A stretch of 64,000 nt of DNA from Euprymna scolopes (taxonomy: Eukaryota). Below the pieces are notes generated by a model. That model searched no databases. It was not told the origin of the DNA and saw only the letters and a program-made list of their open reading frames with translations. Shown piece by piece: positions 38,550 through 52,108 of this stretch. Location: the NCBI GenBank assembly GCA_053919585.1, contig CM132784.1, one strand, 5' to 3'. The stretch's first letter is position 1; every line of letters starts with the position of its first letter. Position numbers and translations under genes: made by a program.

Positions 38550-39389
38550 TAAAGTTGTTTGATTTTCTAACCTCTAAATTGCTTCTACCTTAAAATATCA
38601 ATTTTTTTTTATGAATGGCCATTTCCTTTTCTTTAGAGTTGGCCTCTGTTGTTAAAAAGAAAAAGAAAATTAATTTTTGTAAAAATACAATTATTCCCGT
38701 CCAAATACTTTTTGCAGCAAATGTAAGTTACAGATGACATTTTTGTTTTATCAGCAGCAAATTTTACTATTATGGAATTCTTTCGTTTAATAAAAATTAA
38801 TATTAAGGTTGATATTTTAGTAGTAATTCAATAAATACAGGATTTCATACCTATATACTTATTTAAGTCATACCATTATTTAAGGGGGCACATAGAACTA
38901 AATTAACAAAAAAACAGAAGTTTAGTAACATAGAACTAAATTTTTTATCTGTTATATTTGTTACAAAATCCAATTAAATTAAAATCCCAACCCCTGTCAA
39001 AAAAAAATGGTAAAAAGAAAAATGTTTTACTTGCAAAAATAATTCCAAACATGAAAGTAAAAATATTCCCAGGCAAAGCTGGGTAGAGAAAGCTAGTAAC
39101 TAATAAAAATGAGTTTATTGCATTTGAAAATCATTTGCTTGAAAATCTTATTTGTGTTAATCGTTGTATGCATAACTAATTCTTCAGTTATTTTTAGTTA
39201 ACTTTTCCATTTAAAACATTTTAAAAGCAATTTACATTTTCTGCTGACAACGTTTATGTAATTGTCTGTGTTTAATTTAAAGAGTGTATACATTTTATTG
39301 GGACACCCTGTATATATTTATATATATATTCTGCTATATTTTTTTAAAATACATTTCTCATTTTTTGAAGTTTTTAATTTATGTGCTAG

Positions 39390-39668
39390 TCACATATGGC
39401 CGAGTGGTCCTAGAGGTTGTATCAAAGTTTACAGTTACCAAAGGTGCTGAGTTCAATCCTGAACAAAGGCAGTAAAAAGTAACATTCAAAACAGAGAATC
39501 AGCAACTATGCCCCAGAGCCTAGCTGGAGTCCGAACACGGTACCCCCGTAATAATAATAAAGGGTTGGGTTCGAGACTCCTAACAAACGGTTCCCCAGTT
39601 CGATACAAAACACCTGATGAAGTGACGATAACAACCAAGATGAGGAAGTCAGTCCGACAATCTCAATG
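39390..39668 (+). mobile_element. tRNA-headed SINE with a deleted hammerhead-type tail
   Basis: A-box TGGCCGAGTGG (39397), B-box-like GAGTTCAATCC (about 39449), CACCTGATGAAG (39611) and CAAGATGAGGAAG..AGTCCGA tail. Confidence 0.7.
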
Positions 39669-40430
39669 AACGTTTATGTAGATAAAATGTCTATGAATGT
39701 TCAAGCAATTAAATGTTTTTTGTGGTATCTTAAAACTTAACTATACAATTTTTTTTAAATTAAAAATTCACCCACAAACAAAACATTTCTCTTAAAAAAT
39801 AATGATATACTGCGTCAGGATGTTGAATAAAAAAAAAACTTTACAAAATAAACTGAACGCCTGGCTGATCATAATGACGTCATTTTATAACACAAGTCAT
39901 AATTTGCATAAACACTTTCCTCTGTTATATCTTAACTAGTAAGTTTTCCTTTTCAAAATAACATCCTTTTATTTATTGTATTTTATTAGTAACATGTAAA
40001 TAATTCTCTATTGTTGCCCTAAAAATTGCCCTCCCCTTTTCTTTTATTTATTTGAAGCTATGCATTTTTACTCATTGTATCTACACAAATAACTATGTTG
40101 ATGTGTGTGTATTAAACCGGTATCTCCAGTCAATAAAACGCATTTTGAAATTTGTATTAAAAAATATACTACAGATGCTACACCCGAGCAATGCTGGATA
40201 CTTACAGATAGTTAATTATGGGGAAAAAAAACACATAGCAGGAAATTTTGACTTGAATTATGTGTCTCTTCTGCCTGGAATCAACGTCAAATTCTGTTAA
40301 TTTGGACTTGAACAAGAATATATGTAGTATGTATGTGCTATTTTTTTAATTACTCATTTATGAATTCTTCTCATTTGACTATAAACTCTGCTGAAGTATT
40401 GTTTTCTAACATAGAATTGTAAAATGTATT

Positions 40431-40492
<62 letters not shown>

Positions 40493-40982
40493 TATATCCG
40501 GCCATGTCTTACTTTGACTTAGTGTGGTTAAATGGAAAATTAATAAAACAAAAATAGAGAAAATGCGTGTACCTTATATGCGTAATTTCACGATACTTTT
40601 GATTGTTCTATTTTTCGTGTAGTTATAAATTCTGTCTCGTTTGTCTACTCTCGAACATGCAACATCTAATCTTCCATGTGAAAGTCAATTATTGTACTTA
40701 TGTAAACCACACACTTGTAACTTAGCTTTGTAAAGTAATGCCGAAGCGATGTTTTTTTTTTTTTAATTCTGCAACGTCAAAAACATTTTATTCTATTTAA
40801 AAAAAAATATGAAGAAATTAATAAGTATTTCATGTAATCATATATTGTTTTAATTTTAAAAAAACAAATTCAAACCCTTGTAAGAAATATTTATGCAAAA
40901 TATAATCAAGTGTTACATATTTCTGTCAAGTATTAAATTTAAGCAAGTTGCTTATTTATTTAAAACTAAAACAGAAAGCCTG

Positions 40983-41224
40983 GTGTACGACAAAATCACA
41001 TTGACACACCGGTTCTCGCCAGATCACCGAAGTTAAGCAACGTTGAGCCTGGCCAGTACCAGATGGGTAACCATTTCGGAAGGCTAGGTGCTGTATGTAC
41101 CTTCTGGGAAGGTTGGGCGTGGGGCCAGCACCCTCACCCTGTAAAAAGAACTCTTCGCTATAAAAGCCTCTACAAAGTTGTAGATGGCCTATGCCCCTCT
41201 AGGGGCTCAAGGGCTGTGTAAATC
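40983..41224 (+). mobile_element. 5S-rRNA-derived SINE (SINE3-type) with bipartite RTE-like body and tail
   Basis: 40983-41095 aligns with 5S rRNA (CCGGTTCTCGCCAGATCACCGAAGTTAAGCAACG, box C-like AGATGGGTAACC, GGTGCTGTA). It is followed by GGTTGGGCGTGGGGCCAGCACCCTCACCCTGTAAAAA and GATGGCCTATGCCCC. Confidence 0.85.
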
Positions 41225-42429
41225 AGGAAGTTTCGTAAGTGGAACATTTTTATATAAATTCTAGGTTTTCACCTGACATTGATCTTGTCGGACTGTTCGG
41301 CCCTTTGCTGTAATGTTCTACTAAATTGATCCCTCAGTTTCAGGTACAGTAGCAGTCATTACAGATTACTAAGGTGTTATGTGCCCGGTGATAATTCACA
41401 GATAATAAAATGGACACTTCATTGTAAATAATTTATTAAAGAAATATTTAGTAGAACATTATAATTAAAGTGATCATCGACGTGAAGTTAAGTGTGTGTG
41501 TGTGTGTGTGTGTGTGAAAAGGAAAGGAAGTAATGTTTTTAAGAAAAGGATGAGATGGTTGACAAAGAAAGGCTTGTTGCTTGTATTATGTGCGTGTACA
41601 TGAGTAAACAAACAGTTAAAATAAATGAAGAAAAGCAAAACGTAATTTGAATGCCAAACGAAAAAGCGTTGCAGATAAGTTTTTTTTGTTTTTTTTTTTT
41701 AAATTGACTTTCAAAAAAAAAAAATGTTTTTTAATACTATGATATATTTTTATATTAAATATATAAAAACATGCTAGTATTAGGTTAAAATGTTATCACA
41801 AAATTAAAAAACAATCTGTAAAGCAATTATTTAAAAAGAAAACGAAGAAAAAAATGAATATCGGCAGTGATAATTCCCATATAATAAAATCGTCACTTCC
41901 TTACAAAGAAAACAAAATAGTTTATTAAAGAAAAATTGAGTAGAACGTTATAATTAAAATGATATACAAAACCCGCATGTATTTGATTAAAATGCCATAG
42001 CAAAATTTCAAGTCAATTGCTAAAGTACCTTTTTAGATTACCTATTAGTAACATACGGACAGTTACATTTTTATTTATATAAATAAAACATTATGAGGAT
42101 CCTACCTGGATCAGCCACCGTTTCAATATTAACATGTTAATTTAAAACTTCGACTCCTCATGATATTTATATTTTTTATTTATAAAAGTTCTACTCATGT
42201 ATTGAGCGATTTTAAAAAATACTGATCTTTAGTTCATGTTATCAACATACTTGAAGTTATATATGTAACAAAGAAAAAATAAAATTTTGTAAATTAGAAT
42301 TTAGTTAGCAAAATAATTACAATTTATACCATCGAATTTTTTGCTCGCCTTTTCAACCTTTAACCAATCCATATATTTTGGATTTTACCACACTTCTGCC
42401 TTTCTTCTTTGTGGAACATCCTTCATATA

Positions 42430-42953
42430 CAAGGTGTCCCAATAAAATGTATACGCTCTTTAAATGACCATAAAACCAACATTTCTTTCTTATAAGTTTC
42501 ATACATCAAAATACTGTGAACAAATATAGAAACCAGCTAATTATCGAAAGTGTTCAAATTATTGGCTATTGTGGTCCATGAACAGCTGACAATGCTCACT
42601 AATTGAATCGAAAATGTTCCTAATCAGTTCAATTGGTATGTTGACACATCTTTATTACAATGGCTGCTTTCAACTCGTTCATTGTAGCTTGTTTTGTGGT
42701 GTGAACCCCGTGCTTAACACCCCTCCCCTGCACTCCAAAAAAGAGAAAACTCCATGGGTGTGGGTCAAATCTGGCGAGCGTGGACAGTACTCGATACTTC
42801 CTCTTCATCCTAACTATCTGTTTCGCAGATGACTATCAAGATATGCTCTTATGTCATGATGATAGTGTGGGAAGTGCCATGCTTTATTGTGAAACATCTT
42901 TTTAGCAAGTTGAGATAATTTAAAGAGTGTATACATTTTATTGGGACACCCTG
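42430..42953 (-). mobile_element. Internally deleted Tc1/mariner element
   Basis: TIRs of about 35 bp (CA[A/G]GGTGTCCCAATAAAATGTATAC[G/A]CTCTTTAAAT), TA flanks, and a minus-strand PRSPDLT transposase motif at about 42760-42783. Confidence 0.9.
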
Positions 42954-43586
42954 TATATATTTATATATATATTCTGCTATATTTTTTTAAAATACATTTC
43001 TCATTTTTTGAAGTTTTTAATTTATGTGCTAACCAGCAAACTTATAGTCAGTTTATAAATATTATTTTGCTAATTATTTTTCCTTTAAGGATTCTTTAAA
43101 ACTCCATGGAATAAGGAAATAATAATGTTCAACTTCTATTCCTTGTGTCAAACAATAAATGTTGTAAGTTCTAATTTTAAAAAATTCATATTTTCTTCAT
43201 GTATCATTGCTCTATCATGAATATTGAGCATTTTTATCTGGTTAGGATTTTCCTATAAATATTAGTATTAATATTGATATACCCATTTCAAGTTTTCAAA
43301 ATTATTCATTTTATAAACTTTAATTTCTGAACTCTGTGTATGTGTGTGTGTGTGTGTGTGTAACCATTCCAAGGATTTAAAAACAGGACAGTTGTTAAAT
43401 TATACACAAAGTAAACAGCTGATGATGCCTGTTTTTTATTTAAGGTAAAAGTTTCTTTTTATTTCACTGTTATATAGTTGAATTTCCTTTTGTAATTGTG
43501 AATTTTCTAACTGTTATTATGGAAGTGCTAAATTTTTTATAAGTTTAATTTTTATATTTTTATAAATAATTCAGATTCATAATACT

Positions 43587-44283
43587 TCTATATGTATAAA
43601 AAGCAAAATGTGTGTTAGTGTGTGTGCATTTTTTTGTGTATGTCCAGCAAAGGCTTTTGCCAGGGGGGGGGGCTCGGGCTCGGTGTGGTCACTCATTCTT
43701 AAAACTTTTTATATGCTTCCTAGATTATAATATCTACGATTTATTAAGGAAGGCCACGTCTATCTTTTATTTGAATGACTTTTACACGCTATTTTTGCGG
43801 TATTTCTCATTCTCCGCATGTTTGTTTAGCTTTTCTGTATATAAGGGAAACTGAATCTGTTTACAAAGGAGTCTCCTCGGCACTCGTGCCGGGAAATCCA
43901 AAAAAGGAATCTGCTTTGATCAATGCAGGGGGAAACCCCCTTATATCAGACAGTTGGTATTTATTTGGACACTCCCCTTTTTAGGGGAGCTGGTTTTCCC
44001 CAAGATCTTGGGAAAACTGGCTTGCAGCCAAAGTTAAGTTTCCCCTATCGCGTTATGTTTGACCTCATTAAATTTACACACCTGTCACTGAACTTTTCAA
44101 TCGTTGAATTAGAATGATTTTCACTTCCTTTCTCGTTGTGGCCGAGCAGTAACGTGTCGGGTTTTGTTCCCTTTCTTTTCCACCTTTGCATCAAGGTTTC
44201 GGATTCGAGCCTACCACCTTACCAAAACTTTTTTTTTCTTTTACGCCCACAAACACCCAGGCAACGCCAAGCACCCACGCTAG
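43587..44283 (+). mobile_element. Non-autonomous Helitron
   Basis: TCTATATGTATAAAAAGCAAAATGTGTG start; CCCAGGCAACGCC...GCTAG|T end. Confidence 0.8.
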
Positions 44284-44554
44284 TTATATATAAAATTTAC
44301 AGACAACTGTTTAATTGTTTACGACTCATCAGTGTGGCTAGATGCAGCAAGTTTATCCATGATGAGAATCGAAACTCAAAAACCAGATTAAAAAAGCCAG
44401 CTGCTGAGAGTAGAAATCATAACACCTTTTTTTTTGTTGTTTATGTTGTACGCTACTAATAACCAATAAGAAATCAATCTGTTAAAAATGCTTAAATTGT
44501 AAATATACATTTGTCTTTCTGTTTCTTTTTTCTTTTCTTTTTTTCTTTTTTTTT

Positions 44555-44612
44555 TTTTTTTTTTACAAAGGAGACCTCATTTATCAAGGCCCATGGGCCA
44601 CTCAAGGATTAT
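44555..44612 (-). mobile_element. LINE family A extreme 3' end
   Basis: Reverse complement TCCTTGAGTGGCCCATGGGCCTTGATAAATGAGG..TGTAAAA. Confidence 0.75.
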
Positions 44613-44737
44613 TTTCTGCTCCTTTCATGTCTATATAAGATTACTTTTCAACATTTTAGTTCTCTTGTATGACAGATAAACAGCAATCGAGGGCTGTTTT
44701 GTATCAGATATAATTTATGGAATCAGTTACTGAAATA

Positions 44738-45497
44738 TCTATAAAAGTGAAAGTGTGTGTCTGTTTGTGTACATTTCCCGACCAAACTACTCTGTTAATT
44801 TTAAGTCTACAGACTTGAGATTTGGGAAAATCGTTTTAATCGGTTTTTAGCCAGAAATTTGGCTGTCAAGGGGTCAAAGTTCAACGATTTGACCTTTGAA
44901 AACTCAATCAAACTCCTCCACCAATTTTAGGTCTGAACACTTGAAATTTTAGATGTGGGTTACTTAGACATGGATCAAACTTTTTAATTTGATTTGAGCC
45001 CAAAACAATAAATTGGGGTTAAAGTTTTTAAAAATTGACCTGCGATCGCTACCAAATTACTCAGCCAATTTTTAGTCTAAACATTTGAAATTTTACATAA
45101 AGTGTATTCAGACATTAGGCAAACTTTTTAATCGATTTTTGGCCGAAAATTTGGCTGCCAAGGGGTCAAAGTTCAAAAGATTGACCTTTGCAGTCTCAGG
45201 CAAACTATTCAGCCAATTTTTGGTCTAAACATTTGAAATTTTACATAAAGAGTATTCAGACAGGCAGCAAGCTTTTTAATCAGTTTTTGAGTGAAAATTT
45301 GACTGCCAAGAGGTTAAAATTGAAAGAATTGACTTTTGCAGACTCTATTAAACTACTCCGCCAATTTTAGGTCTAAACACTTGAAATTGTAGATGTAGAC
45401 TACCTGGACACAAGTCACTTTTTAATATATACATACATATGCACATAAAGTTATGAACAGTATATAGGGTCCGAGCAAAGCCGGGGTGAACTACTAG
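44738..45497 (+). mobile_element. Non-autonomous Helitron with internal tandem repeats of about 125-150 bp
   Basis: A|TCTATAAAAGTGAAAGTG start; CCGAGCAAAGCCGG...CTAG|T end. Five copies of AAACTACTC..CCAATTTT..GTCTAAACA.TTGAAATT. Confidence 0.8.
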
Positions 45498-46159
45498 TAC
45501 TTTATAAATTTGTTTCCTATCTGTTAATATGAATAATGGAATTAAACTTTCAGTTTAGGAAATATAATTAATGTATTTATAAAAAAAACTGCATTTCAAA
45601 ATTTGAGAAAACTTGAAAGTCTACAGAAATAGCATGAAAAGAATGAGTCAGAAATTGATTTATTTTTGCTACAGAAATAACAAGATTTGAGAGAAGAAAA
45701 ATGTATTTTGATGAAATAAAGCACGTCCAAAAATGCATGTCGCAATTTTCCTCATTTTTATAGTTACAAAACCAGCAAACATATCAGTGTTACATGATAG
45801 CAAGCCATTACAAAGAATGAGGAGAACATGCGAAAAATGTGTTGCGTATTGTTCTAACATTATTTGTGCATCGTGATGAATGCCGCCTTTTTTTTTAAAT
45901 CTTTTTCTTAATAAACATTTCCTGACGATGACAGGAGTCTTGGTTGAAGCGGCATTTTTAAAGAACGATGTATGATTTATTTTTGTATGCCTCCATTCGC
46001 TCTTTCTCTAAAAATGCTATGCAAACACCAAAAAAGAAATCGACAGTCAAGAGGGCATGGGTCCTTATGGCGAAGAAGCACATTTAAAATTAGCATGCAG
46101 AGATGTAGTTGATAATATGCTATGAAACAATGAAGAAAAGAAAAACTGCATGTTATGCA

Positions 46160-46262
46160 AATAATATTGAACATTGAACTCTTTAAATATTTTCAATATT
46201 GAGCATTGAACTCTTTAAATATTTTCAATATTGAACATTGAAGTCTTTAAATATCTTCAAAG
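46160..46262. repeat. Three tandem units of about 32 bp
   Basis: ATTGAACATTGAACTCTTTAAATATTTTCAAT repeated three times. Confidence 0.85.
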
Positions 46263-46589
46263 ATAAAAGAAAGTATTTTGTGTGCATAAAGATGGCTGTC
46301 TTGTATTGATATCGATTTAAAAATATCAGAATGTATATTATTTTCCCTTGGATTATTTATTTATTTTTTTTTTCATCCTTTCTTAAACATTACAACTTAC
46401 AATAAGTTCAACTTTGTTTAAGTATCTCATTTGAAAGATCCCAACATTCTTTATACCGTAATCATGAAATCAATCAAGATCAGATTGACAACTATTGTAC
46501 ATGTATTCTTTATATGCTCTGGCAAGTTGGTAACTCAGTTGCTATCTTCCAATGTCTATTGGATTTAATGCTAACTTTACTGGTTTTCT

Positions 46590-46955
46590 TGGTTTGGTTG
46601 TTTTATTTTATAGCATATCAATCCTTTTCAAGTAATTTAATGCTGAATCCAATAATTTGGGAAATTTTTTATGTTTTGTTTCTTCTGTTTTATAACATAC
46701 CCACTCTTTTCAGGTTATTAAATGTTGAATCATTTTGGGAAAAAAAGTTCTTATGCTTAAAGTTCCCTATATCTTCAACTATTTATTCGTTGTGTTTAGT
46801 TTTGCTGCTTTGCAGAGGAAAAATTGTTTTTGACTTTGCATAACATGATTGAGTTTTGCAAAGGGAAAGGAAAAAATAACTTCAACGTTTGGTGTGTTTT
46901 AGATCAGGGAGCCAGTATCTTCAGACAACCTGATTTAATAGCACTAGAGGTTCTC
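46590..46955 (-). repeat. Dispersed repeat, inverted partner of about 52400-52878
   Basis: Shared GTCTGAAGATA.TGGCT.CCTGA core and GGTTGATATGCC.TAAAACAACCAAACC tail. Confidence 0.7.
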
Positions 46956-48309
46956 TTGGAAAAATTACTAAGAAATTGTCCATAGTTGTTATTTCTGTTT
47001 AGAATCTTATGGTTCAATTCGATCAGTCAGGATTGTGCTTTTCAAAATTCTTGTTAACCAATTTATACATCAAAATCATTTGTAGATTTGAACAAACTTT
47101 GCACATTCCGCTTTTATTCGTCTACAAGCAGATATAGATTACAGACCTAACTAGAAGAATACCCATCTCAGGATGGATAAAATTTCCCATACAGAATAGT
47201 TTGGCACCACTTTTATGTTCCCTTATGAAGATTTTGAAAGAATACCATTTCAAAAACAAGTAGAAATATCAAGACAAAGCATTCTGATAATCCCTATAAA
47301 CTATTTCAGATCAAATAGTTTTTTATTTTATTCATTTATTTTTTTTTTTTTAAGTTTCCGGCCTCAAATGACTCTTTAGAAGTTGATAGGCCATTAAACA
47401 CAATCAACCAACTTATAGACATAGACACATACCTAACTTTATATTGCTAGAGATTAGTCATGATTGCATGGAACGTGAATAGATCTACATGTAGGATACT
47501 AGACATACACCCAGAATCTTGAAAATTTTTATTGATGGCTCATATTTCTTTGTGACTAAATGAGTTTAAAGGTTTGAAATAGCATGGAACTTTGTGAGAC
47601 TGACTCTTTAGATTAGCAATTACTAAGTGCACATTTTCACTTTGAGCCAATGTGAAATATACCTTGGCAATCATGTGCTTTCGTTGTGAAGTGTAAATAT
47701 GATTAGCAGGTACAATGAGTTGAACAGCAGATGACCTATGAGTCCACTACAATGTCATGTAAAAGGGGGATGATTGATTGGTTAGTTTAATCATGTGACA
47801 AATGTCTAGTGTTTTTTCTTCTGTAAGAATCTTGGTGACTCTGAGGAGATGGGATGCTTAGAACGTTAGTGAGGTTGGTTTGGCCAGAAACGGTTTTTAG
47901 CTAATGAAAATATGGAGTGCCATGGTTAACAAAATAAATTTGAAATTAAAATTGTTTGTGAAGTGTCACCCCCCTCCCACTTCCACAAAACATCAAGAAG
48001 CCATCTTCATTTGTTGTATGAAAGTTATGCAACAATATAAAACTGATCCAAGCAATATTTGACTGGAAATTTGTTTTTATTTGAATAATGTCCCATCAAA
48101 ATCCAAATATTTCAAGTTTTTCAATATCAAATTTGATTTCAATGCCAAATTTAATGCCGTAAATGGCTGGAAATGCAAAAGTATCAAATTATGGAAAATA
48201 ATGAAACATAATTAAATAACATGAAATCTATTATTAAATTGTTTGCAGATTTTCATTTCAAACCAATATTTTACAGAAAATTTTCATTTTTTTCAATTCA
48301 TTCAACGCC

Positions 48310-49230
48310 ACTTTTCGTTTAGTGGTCAGATCTTTCTAATATTATGCATGCTCACTCTCCAGTTTAGCAGATCAGTTGTCTCCAAATTTCACTCTCTGCA
48401 ATGCTATTTAATCACTTACATCCAAGTTGTCTTTGGCCAGCCAACCTTCCTGCGATTCCAGGTATCCATGCTTCTGTAGCAAAAGGATAAATGTTTCACA
48501 TGGTCATACCAGAATAATTGATTTATCGAAGATAATCTTCATGTTGTGGTGCAAGTGTAATGCTGTCAGCGAATCCTTTAATCTGATATGTTGGGTTTGG
48601 TCAAATTTTACATCGCAGATCCATCTGATCATGGATTTCTCATTGTATTGGATTCTGATGATAGAGGGCTGGGTTTAAAGCCCAGCATTCACTGTCATGT
48701 AGCATGATGCGCTTAACACAGTTGCTATACAAGTTATTCTGGATGTAGTCAGGAACAGTTTGTGATGTTATCAGCAGCAACAATTCACAAAATATCATCC
48801 AAGTTGTCTTCACTCTTGTGGCCGTACTATGTTCATATTCATCACCTGCACTCAGCAATTTCTTTGAAAATAGCAGAAAGAATCTACTACCTCCAGGATA
48901 TTGTCATCTAACACCATCTCTTTCTGGGGATGACCATTAAAAGAATTCACCTGTCACATGCATTTCCTATACTTAAAGTTGGGGCATGGGGCTAACTTAC
49001 CCTTTGGGTCACTACACTTTTTAAACAATGGTTACACTATTTTGTATTACTTTTAACTCTTTTGGCACTCGGAACAAGGATACAAACCAGTCCCTTAAGG
49101 ATTGTAGACCAGAGCTACACATCATCACTTTGGTTTTAGATAAGTTCACCTTCAAATCCTTGACCTCCTAACCATTTTTCCATATTTCCAGTGTATTCTT
49201 CAACTATTCCAAAGACTTGGCAATGATAAC
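48310..49230 (-). mobile_element. RTE-clade LINE fragment
   Basis: MLSAGDEYEHSTATRVKTTWMIFCELL...MLHDSECWA, a WY.H motif and a PKTTW motif. Confidence 0.8.
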
Positions 49231-49269
49231 TAAGTAATAAGCATCGAGTAATTTCCATGGGCAGCACAA

Positions 49270-50290
49270 CCGAAAGAGTAGTGGTTGATGGGGAGAAATC
49301 AGAAGCTCATAATATTTATGCTGAAGACTCTCAGGAGTCCATCCTGGATTCTACTCTCTTTCTGATCTGCATCAGTGATCTTCCAAATCACATCCTTAGA
49401 TCATTCGTAGACATTTATGCTGCTGACATTACCATCTATAGCAGCACATCACATCAAAGGCCGTAAACGGCCAAGTTCTCTCTGATTATCTCTCCTCTGA
49501 TCTTGAGCATGTGGTACAATGGGGGGGAGAGAAGTAGTCGGTTACTTTTAATGCATCTAAAACCAAGCTTCTATCTTTACATCAACGTTCTGATCCCTGT
49601 CTGGCATCAATTGAAATTAATGGTTCTCATCTTGGGGAGGCTCCATGTTTTGACAAGCTTCTGGGCTTGACCTTTACTCCTGATCTGAAATGGAATGCAG
49701 ACATCAAATTCATTGCCAACATCACTGGAAAAATGGTGAGATCCTTCTATCAATCCAATAGATATCTATCTGCTGATGCAATTCTCTACCTATATAAGAG
49801 CCAGGTACGTTCAAGGATGGCGTATTGTTGCCACATCTGGGCAGGAGCTGCTAGAAAGATCTTATCCTGCCTTGACAGAGTTCAAAATAGTAGCCTAGTG
49901 AGGGATGCTCTTTTGTCTTCCCTGCAACTTCTTTCTTATAGAAGAGACGTTGCGAGCCTGTCTCTGCTTTATCGTTATTTTCATGGCAAGTGGTCGTCTG
50001 AGCTCCAATCTATGCCCCCCCTCGCCATACATTCACAAAAAACATCTGTGCTTAAACCTAAACTCCATGAACAAAGCTTCTTTCTCAGAACTGCACATCT
50101 GTGGAACTCTCTTCTGTTTGCCTGCTTTCCAGCTGACTACAATATGGTCATCTTCAAGTTCAATGTAAACAAGTTCTTGATGAGTCGTCCTTCTTACCAA
50201 ATTAACTATGTTATTCCTTTGACTACTGTACACTGTTTAACCCTTATCCTCGAGTGGCCTTTGTAAGTGGTGATTCCTTTGTAAAAAAAA
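49270..50290 (+). mobile_element. CR1/L2-group LINE family A, 5'-truncated
   Basis: Aligns with 14800-15890 (YKSQVRSRMAYCCHIWAGA, RRDVASLSLLYRYFHG); same 3' end. Confidence 0.9.
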
Positions 50291-51899
50291 GAAAAAACAA
50301 AGTTCTCTAAGACTATGATGAAACGTAGACAGTTAACAACAGATCCCCGATGAATTCCAATTCAATTGCAAAAACTTTAGTGAAAATCTCCATGAGAATG
50401 TTGATACTGAATTTTGAATCTTCAAAACTTGAAGTACATGAGTGACCTAATGGATATTGCTGCAGATTATGAAAGTACCTATTTAAACCCAATTGGATCT
50501 GTTGGGTTCAATTGCACACTAATACTATTGATAAAATCATAAGCCCAGAATCCGTCTTCTCTATCCCTATCCCTATCCCATCAATGGTTAAAATGTTAAT
50601 GTGTTTTAATGAATCCTTTACAACAAGTATTGTCTCAGCTTTAACGCGAAACGTGTTGGAATGCCATAAACAACCAAACCAAAAGTGGATATACGCACAC
50701 ATTGCTTGACTGTCAGCCATAATAAAGATTTAAAAATCATTCTGACATTAAAAGTTTAGTGCAATAATTAGAGACCATTAAATGTCGAGAATTCTATTCA
50801 CAGACTCATTAGACAAAACACCTGTGAACATTGGTTGTATATTCATGTTCAATGCCATTGAAATCAATCGATATTTTGAATTGCAGTTTTCATCATTTAA
50901 ATATATACATTAAATTGCACTTTTTAAGTTTATAATTAAAGTTTACATGGGAAGTATTTATAATAAAGTTTCAGTTTAGAGGGAATGAGGCTGGCCTAAT
51001 TGATACTATCTGTCTAGTAAAGTAGTTAAACCTAAGGATCTCTAACTTATCTTTGTAAACGAGTATTTCTTTCTTTCACAAGTCCGTTTTCGTTGTGTAT
51101 TTTCTAATTTTAATATTTTAAAGCTCACATACTGTTATAATTTTGTAATGTTTGTGTTGAATGATTAAAGAAATAATTTAATTTGTTGATTTAGTTAATT
51201 TCTTAAATGTTTAATCAAAAGGGTGAATACAGGATTGACCTAATGGATGTCACCGCAAACTTTGAAATCGGATAAACTGATTCAAAATCCTATTAGATCT
51301 ATTGTATTCAATTATGCACAAATATCATTGAGAAATCTATGAATCTGTAATCTCCCTCTTTCGCTATGATTCAAATATTGAGTTATATAAAATTGACACA
51401 ATATTGTTTCATTAAAGGGGTTGAATGTTGCAAAAGGACAAACGAAATCGTAATTAAGAATGAATTAAATTACGTGAAAACTGGGACAAAGAAATGACTT
51501 TTGTTGGCAGAACTGAGTCCAAATGCGATTCGACAGACACTTCGTTGATTGTTCAGAGATTAAAACATCTGACTGACTTCTTCATAGCCTTTGATTACCT
51601 CCGACTTTGCAACCATACAGCAAACAAATTTAGCCAGTTTGCTTGAACCTGTCGGCAACATGTTCTAATATTAATTGCTATTATTAAATTCTTGTATCAT
51701 TTTCCTAATAGCAAATACAGAGTAATTAGTATTACCTTATTCAAGCTAAGCTTCTTTGGGTCAAGTTATAAGATTGAAAAAGAGAATAAATTATCACAAA
51801 TGATGAATTATTTATTTTTTTTGTTTCAACTTAAATTGAATAATTTGCTGTTAGTTTTCTTAAATTCTTTCTTTACCTATATTGCATCGTTTTTTATCA

Positions 51900-52108
51900 G
51901 TTGTAGTATTATATTGTAGTATTGTGGTATTGTATTGTAGTATTATATTGTAGTATTGTGGTATTATATTGTAGTATTGTATTGTAGTATTATATTGTAG
52001 TATTGTGGTATTGTATTGTATTATATTGTAGTATTGTGGTATTGTATTGTAGTATTATATTGTAGTATTGTGGTATTGTATTGTAGTATTGTATTGTAGT
52101 ATTATATT
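51900..52108. repeat. Pentamer-based satellite (TATTG/TAGTA/TGGTA variants)
   Basis: Direct. Confidence 0.9.

Noticed and set aside
40983-41095. Functional 5S rRNA gene
   Set aside because: Diverged, no T-run terminator, single copy here, and fused to a retroposon tail.
45922-45951. Hammerhead-like CTGACGA...GAAGCG
   Set aside because: GAAA core is mutated and there is no convincing stem I or III; at most a dead PLE relic.
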